Shown: piece by piece, positions 24,470-37,309 of the stretch
Layout of the letters: every line of letters starts with the position of its first letter
Position numbering within the stretch: the stretch's first letter is position 1
DNA from: Rhynchobatus australiae
Taxonomy: Eukaryota
Direction of reading: 5' to 3'
DNA: 64,000 nt
Assembly: GCA_034780895.1 (NCBI GenBank)
Contig: JAUZTB010000080.1
Location: 16,210,511 to 16,274,510 of the forward strand
Notes under the pieces: model-generated
Seen by the model: the letters and a program-made list of their open reading frames with translations, nothing else
Told to the model about the DNA's origin: nothing
Databases searched by the model: none
Program-made: the position numbers and the translations under genes

Positions 24470-26170
24470 CACTAGAAACAGGAGGAAGAGTAAATAAATC
24501 GATTGCTCAAGCCCGCTCCACTATTCAATGAAATCATGGCCAAAGTAATTTTGGCTTTAACACCACCACCTGCTCTTTCCATATGTCCCAACTCCATTGC
24601 AGTCCAAATGTCAGTCTCCACTTTGGAGTTCTCTAACTCAGAGCTATGGAGGCAGAGTCATTGAATATATTCAAAGAGTCATGAACCTCAGAAGAAATTC
24701 CTCCACATCGGTCTTAAATGGGTAACTGTTTATTCTGAAAATATGACCCACACGTTCTAGATACCTCACCAGCACCCACCCTGTCAATACTCCTCAAAAT
24801 CTTGTACTTCAATAAGATCATCCCTCATTCTTTCAAATGCCAATGACTATAATTCAAGTTGCTCACTCTTCAAACGCCAATCTCTTTATCCCAGGACTCC
24901 GTGAACCTGCTCTGCAATGCCTCCAATTCAAGTATATCCTTCCTTTAATATGGAGACCAAAACTGAGCTTGGTCTCAGCACCACCACATTGCATCAAGAT
25001 TTTCCTGTTTTTATTCTCCATTTTGCTTGCACAGAAGGCCAACACTGCATTAGCCTACTGTACCTCCAAGCCAATCCTTTGTGCTTCATGCACTAGGGCC
25101 CCCAGAGCCCTTTGTAACACAAGTTTGCAATCACCCAGCAAGTATGTGTATGTAATGACAATTAGATCATAACTTTAATTCATTCACCTTGTTACAGTGT
25201 CCATTTAAACATCTTTAAATCTTTTATATTTTTCCATGCTCTAACCCTAGTTGCTGCCTGCTTTTGTTTTCCTTTACGATTCATTTGCTTACTATATTTC
25301 TAACTTCCACGTAGCTCACTCTCCTCAGGTTTCCATATCTCAGTCAAGCTAATTTGCTGATGACGTACTAAAAAAAAGTGTGAGAGTAGTGATGAGCATC
25401 CAGAGGCTTCAAGCAGAAACAGACAAGCAGAGCGAGTGGGCAACAGCATGGAAGGTGGAATACTATGTGAAAACATGTGAGGTTATCCACTTTGGTATAA
25501 TATCAAAACTGCTGAGAGAACGGGAAATGAGCCCTGAGCCTCATTGTACACAAGTCACTGCGAACTGACACACGTGTAGCATACAATGAGAAAGACCAAA
25601 TGTACATTGGTGTTTGTTGCAAGAGGATTTGTATACAAGAGTAAAAGGTGTTTAACTACAATTATACAGGGTCTACGTTAGACCACAACTGGAATATTAT
25701 GTACGTTGTTAGTCTCTTTATCAAGAAAGAATACACTTGTAATAGAGAGGGTGCAGAGAAGATTCACCAGATTGGCTCTTGGGATGGCAGGTTTGTCATA
25801 AGAGAGATGAAAGAACAGAGACCTCTAACCTACTCAGTCTGGAAGAATGGGAGGCAACCTCATTGAAGTGTACACATTCCTTAGCATAGATTCAGGGAGG
25901 GTCACTTTGGAGTAGGCCATTTAGGACTTCAATGGAAGAGAGACTTCTTCACCTGGGGCACTAAATCTTTGGGATTCTTGAGAACAAGGGCTGTGGAGGC
26001 TGTCATTAATTGCATTGAAAACAGACATCAACGGATTTCTGGACATTAAAGAAATCAAAGGATATGGAGATGAGTTAGGAAAGTGGTGTTAAAGTAGGAA
26101 TTTGGCCATGATCTTGAGTGGTAGAGCGATATGAAGGGGCCAAATGATATGCTCCTGCTCCCATGACTTA
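24470..26170. mobile_element. Two decayed CR1 3' fragments (minus ~24470-25130, plus ~25350-26170)
   Basis: FADD, LQAETDKQSEWA..W, and CR1 3' tail motifs (tggccatgatcttga..gaggggccaaatg..ctcctgctcc). Confidence 0.7.
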
Positions 26171-27499
26171 TGCTCTTAAAACTCATGGTTATTAACTCCC
26201 AAACCAGAGCAAAGAAAGGTAGGGTAGGAGATAGAAAAAGGGGAGAGGATAGAAATCAGAGACAATGGGGATGGGTAGTCGGGACCAGGATTCAAATCTT
26301 GGTTGGTTGGGTGGGAAGGGGATGCTGGCAAGTCAGATTGATGGAGCAAGCAGGAAGATAGAGCAGGGGAGACAAACCATCAAGTATGGCTGCATACAGG
26401 TGCTGCTATGGTATTAACATTCAGAGGCTTGTAAAACTGATCAGAAATGGGGTCCAATTCTACCTTAAAAGCTGTGGAATCTAAATTCAAGTAATCAAAT
26501 GTGTCCAAAATAAAAAGCAAGCTTCAGCAATAGTGACCATGATTGAACCACATGAGCCTGAACATCAAAGTCATTCCAAGCAGGAAACCTATCCATTTGC
26601 GGCACCAGACCTACTGCTCTCTGAAATGGAACTCGTTGTAGAGGGAAGGGCAATAAATTCTGCCCAGCCAGTGTCACACACAAACCGTGAATAAATTAAT
26701 TAATAAGGCACAACTCTCTTACATTGGGTTTGCTGTAGCTTGGCCTACCTACGCAAAGGATGAGAAAGGGCAAGGCTGACATACCTTTATTTTACACAGG
26801 CACTATTTATTCAGTGGGTACGCACCAGTAACTTTATTCAGCAGACTTACTCACTATGCAACTGTGAAGACTGGCTGTTTACTCAAAGCAAGGGTCAGTC
26901 AGTGCACCTGCACAGTTTATTCAATGCAAGGGTTAATCATTAACTGTATAGGGTGACTTATTTATTCCAGACCATGATTAATAATATTTATTGAATGCTG
27001 ATTGAGAAATGAAAAGAAAAATCACAGCATGAGATTTAGGTCTATCAATAAAGAATCAGATATTGCCCAGCAAGCTTACAAGGTTCACGTTTTCAAAATA
27101 AAATCGAGTTGAAGGGTACAATTAACAGACTGAGCATTCATGGTCAGAGTGAAGGCCAATTCTTGGTTCCTAAACAATTCTTTTATGGTCCAGAAGCACA
27201 ATCAGAAAAGAACACCAAGACACTGATAAAGGGAATAGAATAATCTTGTGAGAAACAGAAAAACAGGACTATGAAAGTTTCTATAAATGTACAAAAAGGA
27301 AAAGATTAGCAAAAGGTATTGCTTACTGTACAAGCAAGGTAACTTTCAAATGATTTGTTCATAAACACACTTGGGTCTCATCACCAACATCTTTCAATTC
27401 CTCTTCATTTTAAATGCCATATTTTTCAGTTTTTTTCCTATCAAACTGGAAGGCCTCACGTTTTCCACATTCTATTCCATCTGCCATTTCCTTACCTGG

Positions 27500-28170
27500 G
27501 ATAAAAATGGTAGGAAAGTAGAGCATTTGAATGGTGAGAGATTGAAAAGTGTTAGTGCTAGGTGTGTGTCCTTGTTAACACACAGACACAACAAGCAATT
27601 AGAAAGGCAAACTTGGAAGGCAAACAATGCATTGTTCTTAAATCCCCTTGCAATAAAGGCCAAGAGTAAAGACAATTTAATGCAATTAGCTGGGGTTTTA
27701 GCAAGAGCACAACAGGAATATTATATGCAGGTCTGCTCTCCCTACATAGGGAAGGATATACTTGTGATAAGAGTGGAACAAAGTTGATTGAAATAGGCAG
27801 CTTACTGTATAGACAGATTTTTTTAAAAAACTGGACCTATATCCTGCAAAGGTTTGAAGAATAAGAAATCTCATTACAAAATTCTTGGGGGCTTCGAGGC
27901 AAATGCAGGGATGATGATTCTCCAAGCTGGAGTGTCTAGAACCAGGAATCGCATCCTCAAAATAAGGGGTTGGCCATTCAAGACAGAAAGAGGATATGTC
28001 GAGCTAGAGGTCAGTTGCTGAGTATATTCTGGTCAGATTAAGAGATTATGTATATTAAAGGACTCAAGGTAGATGGGTTAGAATGGGAAAACTGTACTGT
28101 GGTAAAAGATTAGCCATGATCTTAATGAAAGGTGGAGCAGATGCATATGGTGTATTCCTGCTTCTTTTTC
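27500..28170 (+). mobile_element. Decayed CR1 3' fragment
   Basis: EYYMQVCSPYIGKDI, ctagaaccagg..ctcaaaataagggg, and a 3' tail. Confidence 0.65.
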
Positions 28171-29751
28171 TTATATCATTATCCCTGCCCCATCCCACCC
28201 TGAAACAAACTATAGCTGAAATAGACATCGTCAGAGAAAGCATTGAATTGATGACACAATAATCGTAGAGAAAGACATGTCCCATTTGTATTTGGAATAA
28301 AAGAGGCTGAAATGGTGAATATACCAGGGAACAGAAGCTTACCACGATAGGGACTCCTGCACTTGAGCACAATCTACGTGGGGCTGGGTAGAGGCCAAGT
28401 CAGATCCAGTTTATGCTGCCCCCCTTCCTCCCGCACCCCACCCCCCCAAACACTTGAAGTCTAAGCTCAGATACAGAGGTGTCCAGGCAGAGAAGTAGGG
28501 TTGACCGGGACAGGCAGAGGAGAAGCACAAGGCTGAGAACGATTTTCCGGAGCCTTGCAGCTCTTGCTCTGACAGTAAATGAACTCAAATGTGTCAGAAT
28601 TTACACTCAAAGGCTGTGCATTACACATTCTGGGGCACGAAGAACATACACTCACACTTGCCAGGACCTGTCAAGCTTGAACCACTCGCTGACTAGAACA
28701 ACAGTATTTGTACTCTTCAGCAGATACTTTCTGCTTTATTCTCCCTCCCAATCCCACCCCCATTCATCCAGACAAGGCAAAACTCTGAACTCACCCTAAC
28801 ACTAACATTCCCCTCTCGCTCCCAACATACTTTTCATCCTTCCTGCCAATTCATTCATATGATGCCCGGTTTCATTCAGCTGATTCTTTGCAGATGCATC
28901 TTAACTCCCAGTTTATAACACATCACATGTTATTTATATTTTCTTATGAAATAGCTGGTGGCCATCCAACCCATCAGTTCCATTTCCCCACTTACTTCCC
29001 TCTAACATCCGAGCTTTTAACCTATCTCGGCTCTCAATCTGGCAATGCCTTGACTTCGTTTACAAATGTCTGTCTCCCCAACCTTCATTTTCTTGGATTT
29101 TCTCCAGATACTTGCATTCCACTAATTCTGGATTCTTCAGATCTCACAAATTTAACAGCATTCTACCACCAGGATGTTCTGTCATGCAATTAGCTGGTTT
29201 CTATTTAACACCATTTGCCTGTCTTGGCTCCATATCCCTCGATACTCCAACCTTAAAAAAAAATCACCCATGTTCGTATTGAAATGTTCAGTTGAAGGCA
29301 GAAGAAGCCTCAAGGAGGGCAGAATCACTCACTGCCTGTTATTTAATAATAGCAACCTCCCCAATCCCGAGATGCTGACGCATATCAGGTGGCTTTGTAT
29401 TCAGTTTGGATTTTTTTGACTGGCCAGTGAACAGTGATCTCACACTCTCGAGGGTCGCTGTCTTCTTCTATGGTCAATTTTTGCAAGGAAGTGATTCAAA
29501 ATAAATTCATGTCTGAATTGGTTTGTGTCTTGAAACAGTAATCTATTCGAGCAACACCCCACCACCCTGTGACTCCAACACCAACCTCCAACTCCTACAC
29601 TGCATGAAACCAGTTGTGACAACATCTCCCAAAATGGCTGTTTCCTGTAGAACCTTCAATAATCTTGAGTAAACTTCAGATCTGTAGGAGGATGTATCAA
29701 CAACTTAATCACAAAACCTTATAGCACAGAAGGCCACACAGTCCATCATAC

Positions 29752-29805
29752 CTGTGCCAGCTCTGTTAAAGTGCTGAACAACTGTGCCAGCTCTGTTAAA
29801 GTGCT
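29752..29805 (+). repeat. 24-bp direct duplication ctgtgccagctctgttaaagtgct
   Basis: Exact copies at 29752-29775 and 29782-29805. Confidence 0.95.
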
Positions 29806-30249
29806 AGTCCCACTGTTGAAGCTGCTTTTCAGGTAGAATGCTCCCGAGCACAACTTACTACTTTACATTCTTCATTTCACTTTCAGGTTCTATTGTCGAA
29901 TATCTTAAATCTGGTTCCCATGGTAACTGGCCCACATGATAATGGAACCAATATTTCCTTAAATACCTTATCAATATCTCTTAACATTAAAACCTCAAAT
30001 CTCACATCCATTTCTGCAAGGAAAATATAACCATCTTTCCACATAATTCTATTCCCAGCTCTCCCTCCTTCAGATATCCAGCATCAGTTTTTTGTAATTA
30101 ATGAGGACAGATTAATCTTTCCCTTGGGACTGTAGTATGACTATATGACCTTGACCCATACTCCTGTACCTTTCTGTGCTCTTCCGCTCTAACTGTGGGT
30201 TACATTTTATTTCCTCCCTTAGGAAGCCCCTTAAAAAGATAGCCCAAAA

Positions 30250-30480
30250 GCAAAATAATGTAGATACTGGAAATCCGAGGTAAAACAACAGAAAGTGCCG
30301 AAAATACTCAGCACGTAAGACTACAATCAATGGAGAGTTAATGTTTCAGGTCAATCACCTTTCATTAGAACAAATGTCATCAACCTAAACTGTTAACTCT
30401 ATAGATGCTGCTACAATGTGTTTTTTTTACTCCCTCTGCAAATGCTCTCTGACCTGGTATTTCCACATTTTGTTTTAATT
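30250..30480. mobile_element. Foldback Penelope-pLTR relic
   Basis: gagagttaatgtttcaggtcaatcacctttcatt is inverted against tcaacctaaactgttaactct. Confidence 0.55.
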
Positions 30481-32679
30481 TAGCTCGTCAAATCTATTGA
30501 TAACTTGAAAATCTAGTTTACCCCTCCCAGAAAAGAACCCCCCAAGTTCACAGTGAGGCCACCTGACTAAATCCCTGGTCCACACAGGAGCCTTCTATCA
30601 AGCCAAACAATTTGCATATCCCTCATGGGAAATCAGTACTCACCATTCAACTCCATTCCTTCGCTCTTGTATCTTCAGTCTTGCCACGAGACACCCATTG
30701 TAATCTGGCTGTCTGTCTGATGATCTGGAACTTCACCAGCTAGAATACAAGCTCTTGCGTCTGTTCCTAGGAACACTTGCTTGCACATCTGGAAATATTC
30801 TGGAGCTACAGAGACAAACAACGAATAGCTCAAAAACTACAAAGGCTGGAAGCAGAACAGATAATTAACACAGCATCCAGACAGAATGCAGAGCCTATGT
30901 TTATTACAATAATTGGTATTTGAATTGTGGCTTTAATGCAGTGAAAATTGTCAAGGGGCTTCTCAGCAGCCTCCTGTACCTGTGTTCCTGAACCACTCAG
31001 CCAAATAGGTTTTTGCCTGTTATTCCTCCCCCTTCCATCCTACAGCACATCCTTTTATTCCTTATTACAAAATACTGCAGGTACAGAAATCCCAAATAAA
31101 GTGGAAAATTCTAGAAATGTTTAGCAGACCAGATAGCTTCCATGGGAAGAAAATCAACTTTTCATTGGAACAGGAAAACATTAGATCGTTTAGGTCTTTG
31201 ATGCAAAGAAACTTAGGGAGAGCGGGGGGAAACGGGTAGGTTAACATGGGTTTAAAACGGGTGGCGCAGACTTGTTGGGCCAGAGGGGCCTGTTACCACG
31301 CTGTAAATAAAATTTTTTTNNNNNNNNNNNNNNNNNNNNNNNNNNNNNNNNNNNNNNNNNNNNNNNNNNNNNNNNNNNNNNNNNNNNNNNNNNNNNNNNN
31401 NNNNNNNNNNNNNNNNNNNNNNNNNNNNNNNNNNNNNNNNNNNNNNNNNNNNNNNNNNNNNNNNNNNNNNNNNNNNNNNNNNNNNNNNNNNNNNNNNNNN
31501 NNNNNNNNNNNNNNNNNNNNNNNNNNNNNNNNNNNNNNNNNNNNNNNNNNNNNNNNNNNNNNNNNNNNNNNNNNNNNNNNNNNNNNNNNNNNNNNNNNNN
31601 NNNNNNNNNNNNNNNNNNNNNNNNNNNNNNNNNNNNNNNNNNNNNNNNNNNNNNNNNNNNNNNNNNNNNNNNNNNNNNNNNNNNNNNNNNNNNNNNNNNN
31701 NNNNNNNNNNNNNNNNNNNNNNNNNNNNNNNNNNNNNNNNNNNNNNNNNNNNNNNNNNNNNNNNNNNNNNNNNNNNNNNNNNNNNNNNNNNNNNNNNNNN
31801 NNNNNNNNNNNNNNNNNNNNNNNNNNNNNNNNNNNNNNNNNNNNNNNNNNNNNNNNNNNNNNNNNNNNNNNNNNNNNNNNNNNNNNNNNNNNNNNNNNNN
31901 NNNNNNNNNNNNNNNNNNNNNNNNNNNNNNNNNNNNNNNNNNNNNNNNGTTATCTTTCACAGATGCTGCCTTACTTAAACATTTCCAACATTTTCCAAAT
32001 GTTTTTTATATTCCATTCTTCCAGGATATGCTAATCCAGTTTCCCATTGAATGCACCTATGTTGTGGGCCTCAACCCATTCAGTATCGTGGCAAGTTCCA
32101 AATTCTCACAACTTACTGGGTAAAGAAATTTCTCCTCAGTTTCCAGCTGAATTTATAAACTGTTTTACATTAATATGCACTAGTTTTGGACACCACACGA
32201 CCTTTCTATATCTAGGAACGGAACCTGGTTATAATTTTTCTACAAATAATTGCTCTAGTCTTTACTTCTGGAAAGGTACAACATCAAAATCCAAAGAATG
32301 TAGACCAGAGTTGTACACTTGTACATATGAACACTTCAAACATACTCACTCTTGGACACTTCAAGCCACAGAGTCCAATTCATGTACATGCAGCCACTCC
32401 TGACTTCCAATGTCAGGTACACATAAATGAACAGAAGCCTGTGACCCGAAAGGCCCAGGTTTGGATGCACGTGCAATCCCGGAGGTTGCAACCAGGTCAG
32501 AGTCATACAGCATGGAAGCAGGCCCTTCAGCCCAACTGGTCCATGCCAACCAAGATACTCCAGGTGCCCAGAAACTCAGCCTTTAACAGATTACTAGAGA
32601 CTTCAGGCCAAACTCAGAGAGAGTTCTCAGATACAGATACTGCCTGAGATCAAAACAGAGATCAAATCAATGCAGCCCT

Positions 32680-33485
32680 CACCTGCATCTCCTCCATTTC
32701 CTGCACATCTGCCCTCAACCCCTCCCCCCGATGTATCAGGGTTGTTGTCCTCACCTGCTACCCCATGAGCCTCCATATCGAGCGCATTACTCTCTGCAAT
32801 TTCCGCCACTTCCAAAAGGATCCCACCACCAAGCACATCTTCCCTCCCCTCCCCCCAGCTTTCCGCAGGGATCACTCCCTCCGCAACTCCTTTGTCCCTC
32901 CCGGCACTTATCCCTGCAACTGCACCAAGTGCTACACCTGTCCCTGCACCTCCTCCATCACCATCATTCAGGGCCCTAGACAGCCCTTCCAGGTGAGGCA
33001 GTGCTTCACCTGTGAATCCAAGGGTGTCATTTATTGCATCTGGTGTGGCCTCCTCTACATCGATGAGACCTGACGCAGATTGGGCACCTTTGCTCCATCT
33101 GCCGCAAAAGCAAGGATCTCCTGGTGGCCACCGACTTCAATTCCACTTCCCACTCCCATATTGACATCTGTCCATGGCCTCCTCTACTGGAAGAGGCCAG
33201 AAGCAAGTTGGAGGAACAACACTTCATTTTGCGCCTTGGTAGTCTCCAACCTGATGGCCTTGACATCGATTTCTGGTAACTGCAGCCCCCCCCCACTTGT
33301 TTTCCCTNNNNNNNNNNCGCCTATCACTAGCCGGTCCTCCTCCCTCTCCCCTGACCTTCTTATTCGAGCTTCTGCCCTCTTCCTTTCCAGTCCTGATGAA
33401 GGGTCTTGACCTGAAACGTCAACTGTTTTATTTCCCTCCATAGATGCTGCCAGACCTGCTGAGTTCCTCTAGCATTTTGAGTGTG
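32680..33485 (+). mobile_element. Penelope-like element 3' part: GIY-YIG endonuclease relic plus pLTR
   Basis: YPCNCTKCYTCP..FQVRQCFTCESKGVIYCIWC.GLLYI(D)ET, VATDFNSTSH, KLEEQHFILRLGSLQPDG. This fits the CCHH-containing GIY-YIG domain of Penelope-like elements. Confidence 0.85.
33388..33425 (+). ncRNA. Minimal type I hammerhead ribozyme motif
   Basis: cagtc-CTGATGA-agg(gtcttga)cct-GAA-ACGT-C-aactg: intact core, helix II agg/cct, palindromic ACGU helix III, GUC site, helix I cagt/actg. Confidence 0.7.
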
Positions 33486-33689
33486 TTAAAACAGAGTCCC
33501 TATCTGAGCTAAGGGCCAGAGCATCAAGGGTTCTGGCATCTTCTCTTGACTTACATTCAATCTGATGAAACCCACCTTCGGGCTTTGGCTTCAAGGCTAT
33601 CAAATTATATGCTGTTGCATGATGGTACCACCAAATTAATATATCACTGAATAGATAATCAAGTCCTTGAAACTTGCATCTACAAGGCC

Positions 33690-34120
33690 CTTTCATACTT
33701 TGCAGCTTAGTTAGTACTTTAGGTAGCATTGTTACTGGTTTAAAGTAAGCAGCTAATTCTTCACAGCAAGTTCCCACAAACAGCAAGTGTTCAAAATATT
33801 CAGCCAGTCAGGCAGCTTGTGTGGAGGGAGGAGGGAGGAGGTAGTTAATTTTAACCAATTCTCGTTCCACAAAAGCTGCCTGAATGGCAAGCTTTTCCAA
33901 CGTTGTTTTTATTTCAGATTATCAGCATCAATATTTGGCTCTTTCAGTGTTACAATAACAATCAGATTTTTGTTTTAATTTGACGTTGCTGGAGGGATAA
34001 ATCCATACCAAACTACCTGGGAAACCTCCCCAGCTCCCCTAAGTATCACACTGGAGTGTCTGCCTACATTACGTGGTCAAACCTCTGTGACCACTGCCTG
34101 CTGACTCAGGGGCATATTAC
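33690..34120 (-). mobile_element. Deu-domain (SacSINE1-like) SINE relic
   Basis: gcagctaatt..cacagcaagttcccacaaacagcaa and cactggagtgtctgccta..ctgactcag. Similar relics at 38960-39250, 39870-40130 and 61200-61520. The family name is from recall. Confidence 0.5.
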
Positions 34121-34261
34121 CTGGTTTCAGGGTCTGATTTTAGCAACCCAAGAAATTTAATTCAAATTACAATGGGGCAGTTTAAGAATCTTTAAAATCT
34201 ACATATTAAAATATTAAAAAATACCATTGAGCCTATGGGGATATAACAATCCAACTGTACA

Positions 34262-34500
34262 GCAGCACTGTAGAGTAGTAGTTAGCGCAACAGTATTACA
34301 GTGCCAACGATCAGGGTTCAATTCCCGTCACTGTCTGTAAGGAGTTTGTACATTCTCCCATGTCTGTGTGGATTTCCTCCGGCTGTTCCAGTTTCCTCCC
34401 ACATTCTAAAGATGTACGGGTAGGTTAATTTGGGGTTTAAAATGGGCGGCGCAGACTTGTTGTGCCGGAAGGGCCTGTTACCACGCTGTAAATAAAATCT
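34262..34500 (+). mobile_element. Near-complete V-SINE/HE1-type SINE
   Basis: B-box-like gggttcaattccc, V-domain (ggagtttgtacattctccc..tttcctcccacattctaaaga) and CR1-like tail gaagggcctgttaccacgctgtaaataaaat. The same tail occurs at 31233-31312. Confidence 0.85.
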
Positions 34501-35604
34501 GAAAAAACTTTTAAAAACATCTGCTTATTTTTACTGTTGCCAGATTTTTAAGGGAAGAAAATCCTCCCCATGAGGCAAATTCCAGTGTCTTGGTGCAATT
34601 GCAGCTCCATGCCATGAGAAGGGACCTTGCGAGACACTGAAATATCAGACAGTTGGTAAGTTGTAATGGACAAAATGTTGACCTTACCAGCAGGACCCAC
34701 ATCTCAAGAATAAATTACTTTAACAAAAGACAAAGAACTCCACGTCAATCTGACAGTTCCTGCATTCCCACCATCCAACCTGCACAAGCCTGTCCTCCCA
34801 CTGAAGGCACAAGGGCGAGGGCAAGATGAGGGATTAGTTACGTGAGCAAACTGGAAACCAGGGTTTGTTCTCAGAGCAGAGCTGGTAAAGGAAATAAAGT
34901 CAAATCAATTCCAGTAGTTGCACAGTGAACACAGAATTAAGGTGACTGGCTCAAGAACCAGAAGTGATATGAGGAAAATCTTTTTATGCAATGAGGGATT
35001 AGGTTTTGTAATTCACCGCCTGATTGGCTGGTGGATTCAGATTCAAAAGTAACCTTCAAAAGGGAATTGGATAAATACTTGAAAAGTTTCAGGGACTTGA
35101 GAGTATCACAGGATTAACTGCAAACAGGCCAGTACAGACACGATGTGCTGCACGTTTCAGTGATCTTATCAGCAAAACCCAAAAGGAAAAAAAGAAATCA
35201 GAAGGATGTGAAAACAGATTTTTCTCATACTTAGAACATTTATTAATTATTAATTATTAATGATAGGAAGGAATGATAGTGAATCAAAATTAACGTAATG
35301 CATCCTTTCCAAATGGCTGAAGGGGGAATGCCTGGGGGTTGGACCCTTGACAACTGTGGAGGTGGATGAACAATTGCAGGTTCCAAAACAGAGGAAGTGA
35401 TTTTGTTTTGTTGGCTTGTATCACAGTAAATGAAGCATCCATTTGCTCCATTTACTGTGGCTCAAGCAGGTAAATGGAATTTAGATACAGATCAGTCACA
35501 ATCTAATCAAATGGCAGAGCAGGCACAAGGGGCTGAATGGTCTGAACTGTCCCCATGCTTCATTATGAAAAGGTGAGTTAAAAGCACTATCCTGACTGTC
35601 ATAG

Positions 35605-36080
35605 TTTAAACAAAAGCAGAAAATGCTGGAAGCACTCAGCAGGTCAGGCAGTGTCCTGGGGAAAGAAACAGAATCAGTGTTTCAGGTCAAGGATCCTTCA
35701 TCAGAACTGGAAAAGTGAGAAAACAAGCCTGTTTTAAGTTGCAGAGAGGGGGAGGGGTGGAGAGAACAGAGGGTAAGTCTCTGATAGGGTGCAGACCCGA
35801 GTTGTCAAGGTAACAACTACTTTAACAGCCAGCAGTTAAGAGAGAAGAAAAAAAATAGAAACAAAGAGGTATAGCTGCATCTGTGGAGGGGAAAGAGGGC
35901 GATTACCTGAAATTGCTGAATTCAGTATTGAGTGCAGAGAATTGCAACGTGCCCAGACAGAAGATGAGCTACTGTTCCTCCAGCTTACATTGGGCATTGT
36001 CGGAGCAATGTAGGAGGCTGAAGACAGAGGTCAGAGTGGAAGTGGAATGGAGAATTAAAGTGACAGGCAACTGGAAGTGA
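35605..36080 (-). mobile_element. Penelope-like 3' relic with pLTR
   Basis: The minus strand reads CKLEEQ*LIFCLGTLQ..LNTEFSNFR*, followed by cagtt-CTGATGA..GAAA. Confidence 0.75.
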
Positions 36081-37309
36081 CTGTCCTGGCCTGTTGCCTA
36101 CACGACAGGGTCACCAGACAACATCCAGGTGGCAGACCCTGGCCGACCTTTTCTCCTTATACCACCAGCATGGAGGCTCTCACATCTAGGCTGCAATCCT
36201 TGTCTGAGATCAGCAAATTCAAATCAAACCAGGGATTTAATCTGAGATTATCCTCATGTGAATGATTCAGTGTCAGACCACAATGATCAAGTTACCACAG
36301 CAGCTGACACAGCTTTCCATCTACAGGACTGTTTGGTAACCCTTTTTATTTTTCTGATGGAAGTTTTGGAACAGAGTTTGTGGGTCCTGTTTAAGACTGC
36401 CCCAATGTAAACTGCCAGGTGCACCAGGCTGCAGCACCTACTGCTAGCTGTGTGGGAAGCACCAACCAGAATTAAAACCATGCTGCAGCACAAGCCTGTT
36501 CACAAAGGAAGCAAAGCAAACTGCAACTCAGAGTCTGCCCCAGCCAGGCCCCTCCATGATCTAACAGCCTGCAACGAAGGAGCTCGCTGGGTCTGTGCTC
36601 CAGAAATAGTCAGCAAAAACAACCCAGAAGACTGGACTCACAGCTACAAAATAACATTTTAAAAGAGAAGTGAAGAACAGAATCTGACCACCATATCACT
36701 ATGGCAACAAAGCCCAGAACAGAGTCCAAAAGCCTCCCTTCTTTCTCTCAACCATCACATCAGCACAAGAGCAGAACTGTGTCTGTTTATATATACACAA
36801 GGCTGGCTGCACAGCTCAGGTCTTGCCCAGAGCAATGGCAAAACCCAGGAGCTATGCAATGAGACATACCACAAACTGCCTTCCCCTGGGACTGGCAGTG
36901 AAACACACTCCCTCCAAAACCTTTGGTGTCAGTGCAGCTGTTGCTATGGTAACCACAGGCCTAAATCATGTCTGTAAGCGAGCAGCCTCCTCACCCTTCC
37001 TGTGCCAGGGAATTTAAGGTGTGGTTTATTTGGCCTTTTTCCACCTGGTGACTCAGCACCAAGCAGTTTCTCCAAGCACAGAGCCCAAAGAACTGGTCAT
37101 CAATCCAACATGGTGTCCACATTAAGTAACATGGCCACTACACTTCCCACAAGTCATTGTAAAAGCAAAATAATAAATAAGAGCATAAGTCAATATGGCC
37201 TTTAAATCTTCTCTGCAATCCCAACAATACAATGGACTAAATGTGGGTAAACTGGATGAAACTCTACAATTGCCAAGTTGTGGCTGGTGGCAGAAACACT
37301 CAGTGTTAC

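Noticed and set aside
34262-34335. tRNA gene
   Set aside because: It is the tRNA-derived head of a SINE, followed by a V-domain and LINE-like tail.
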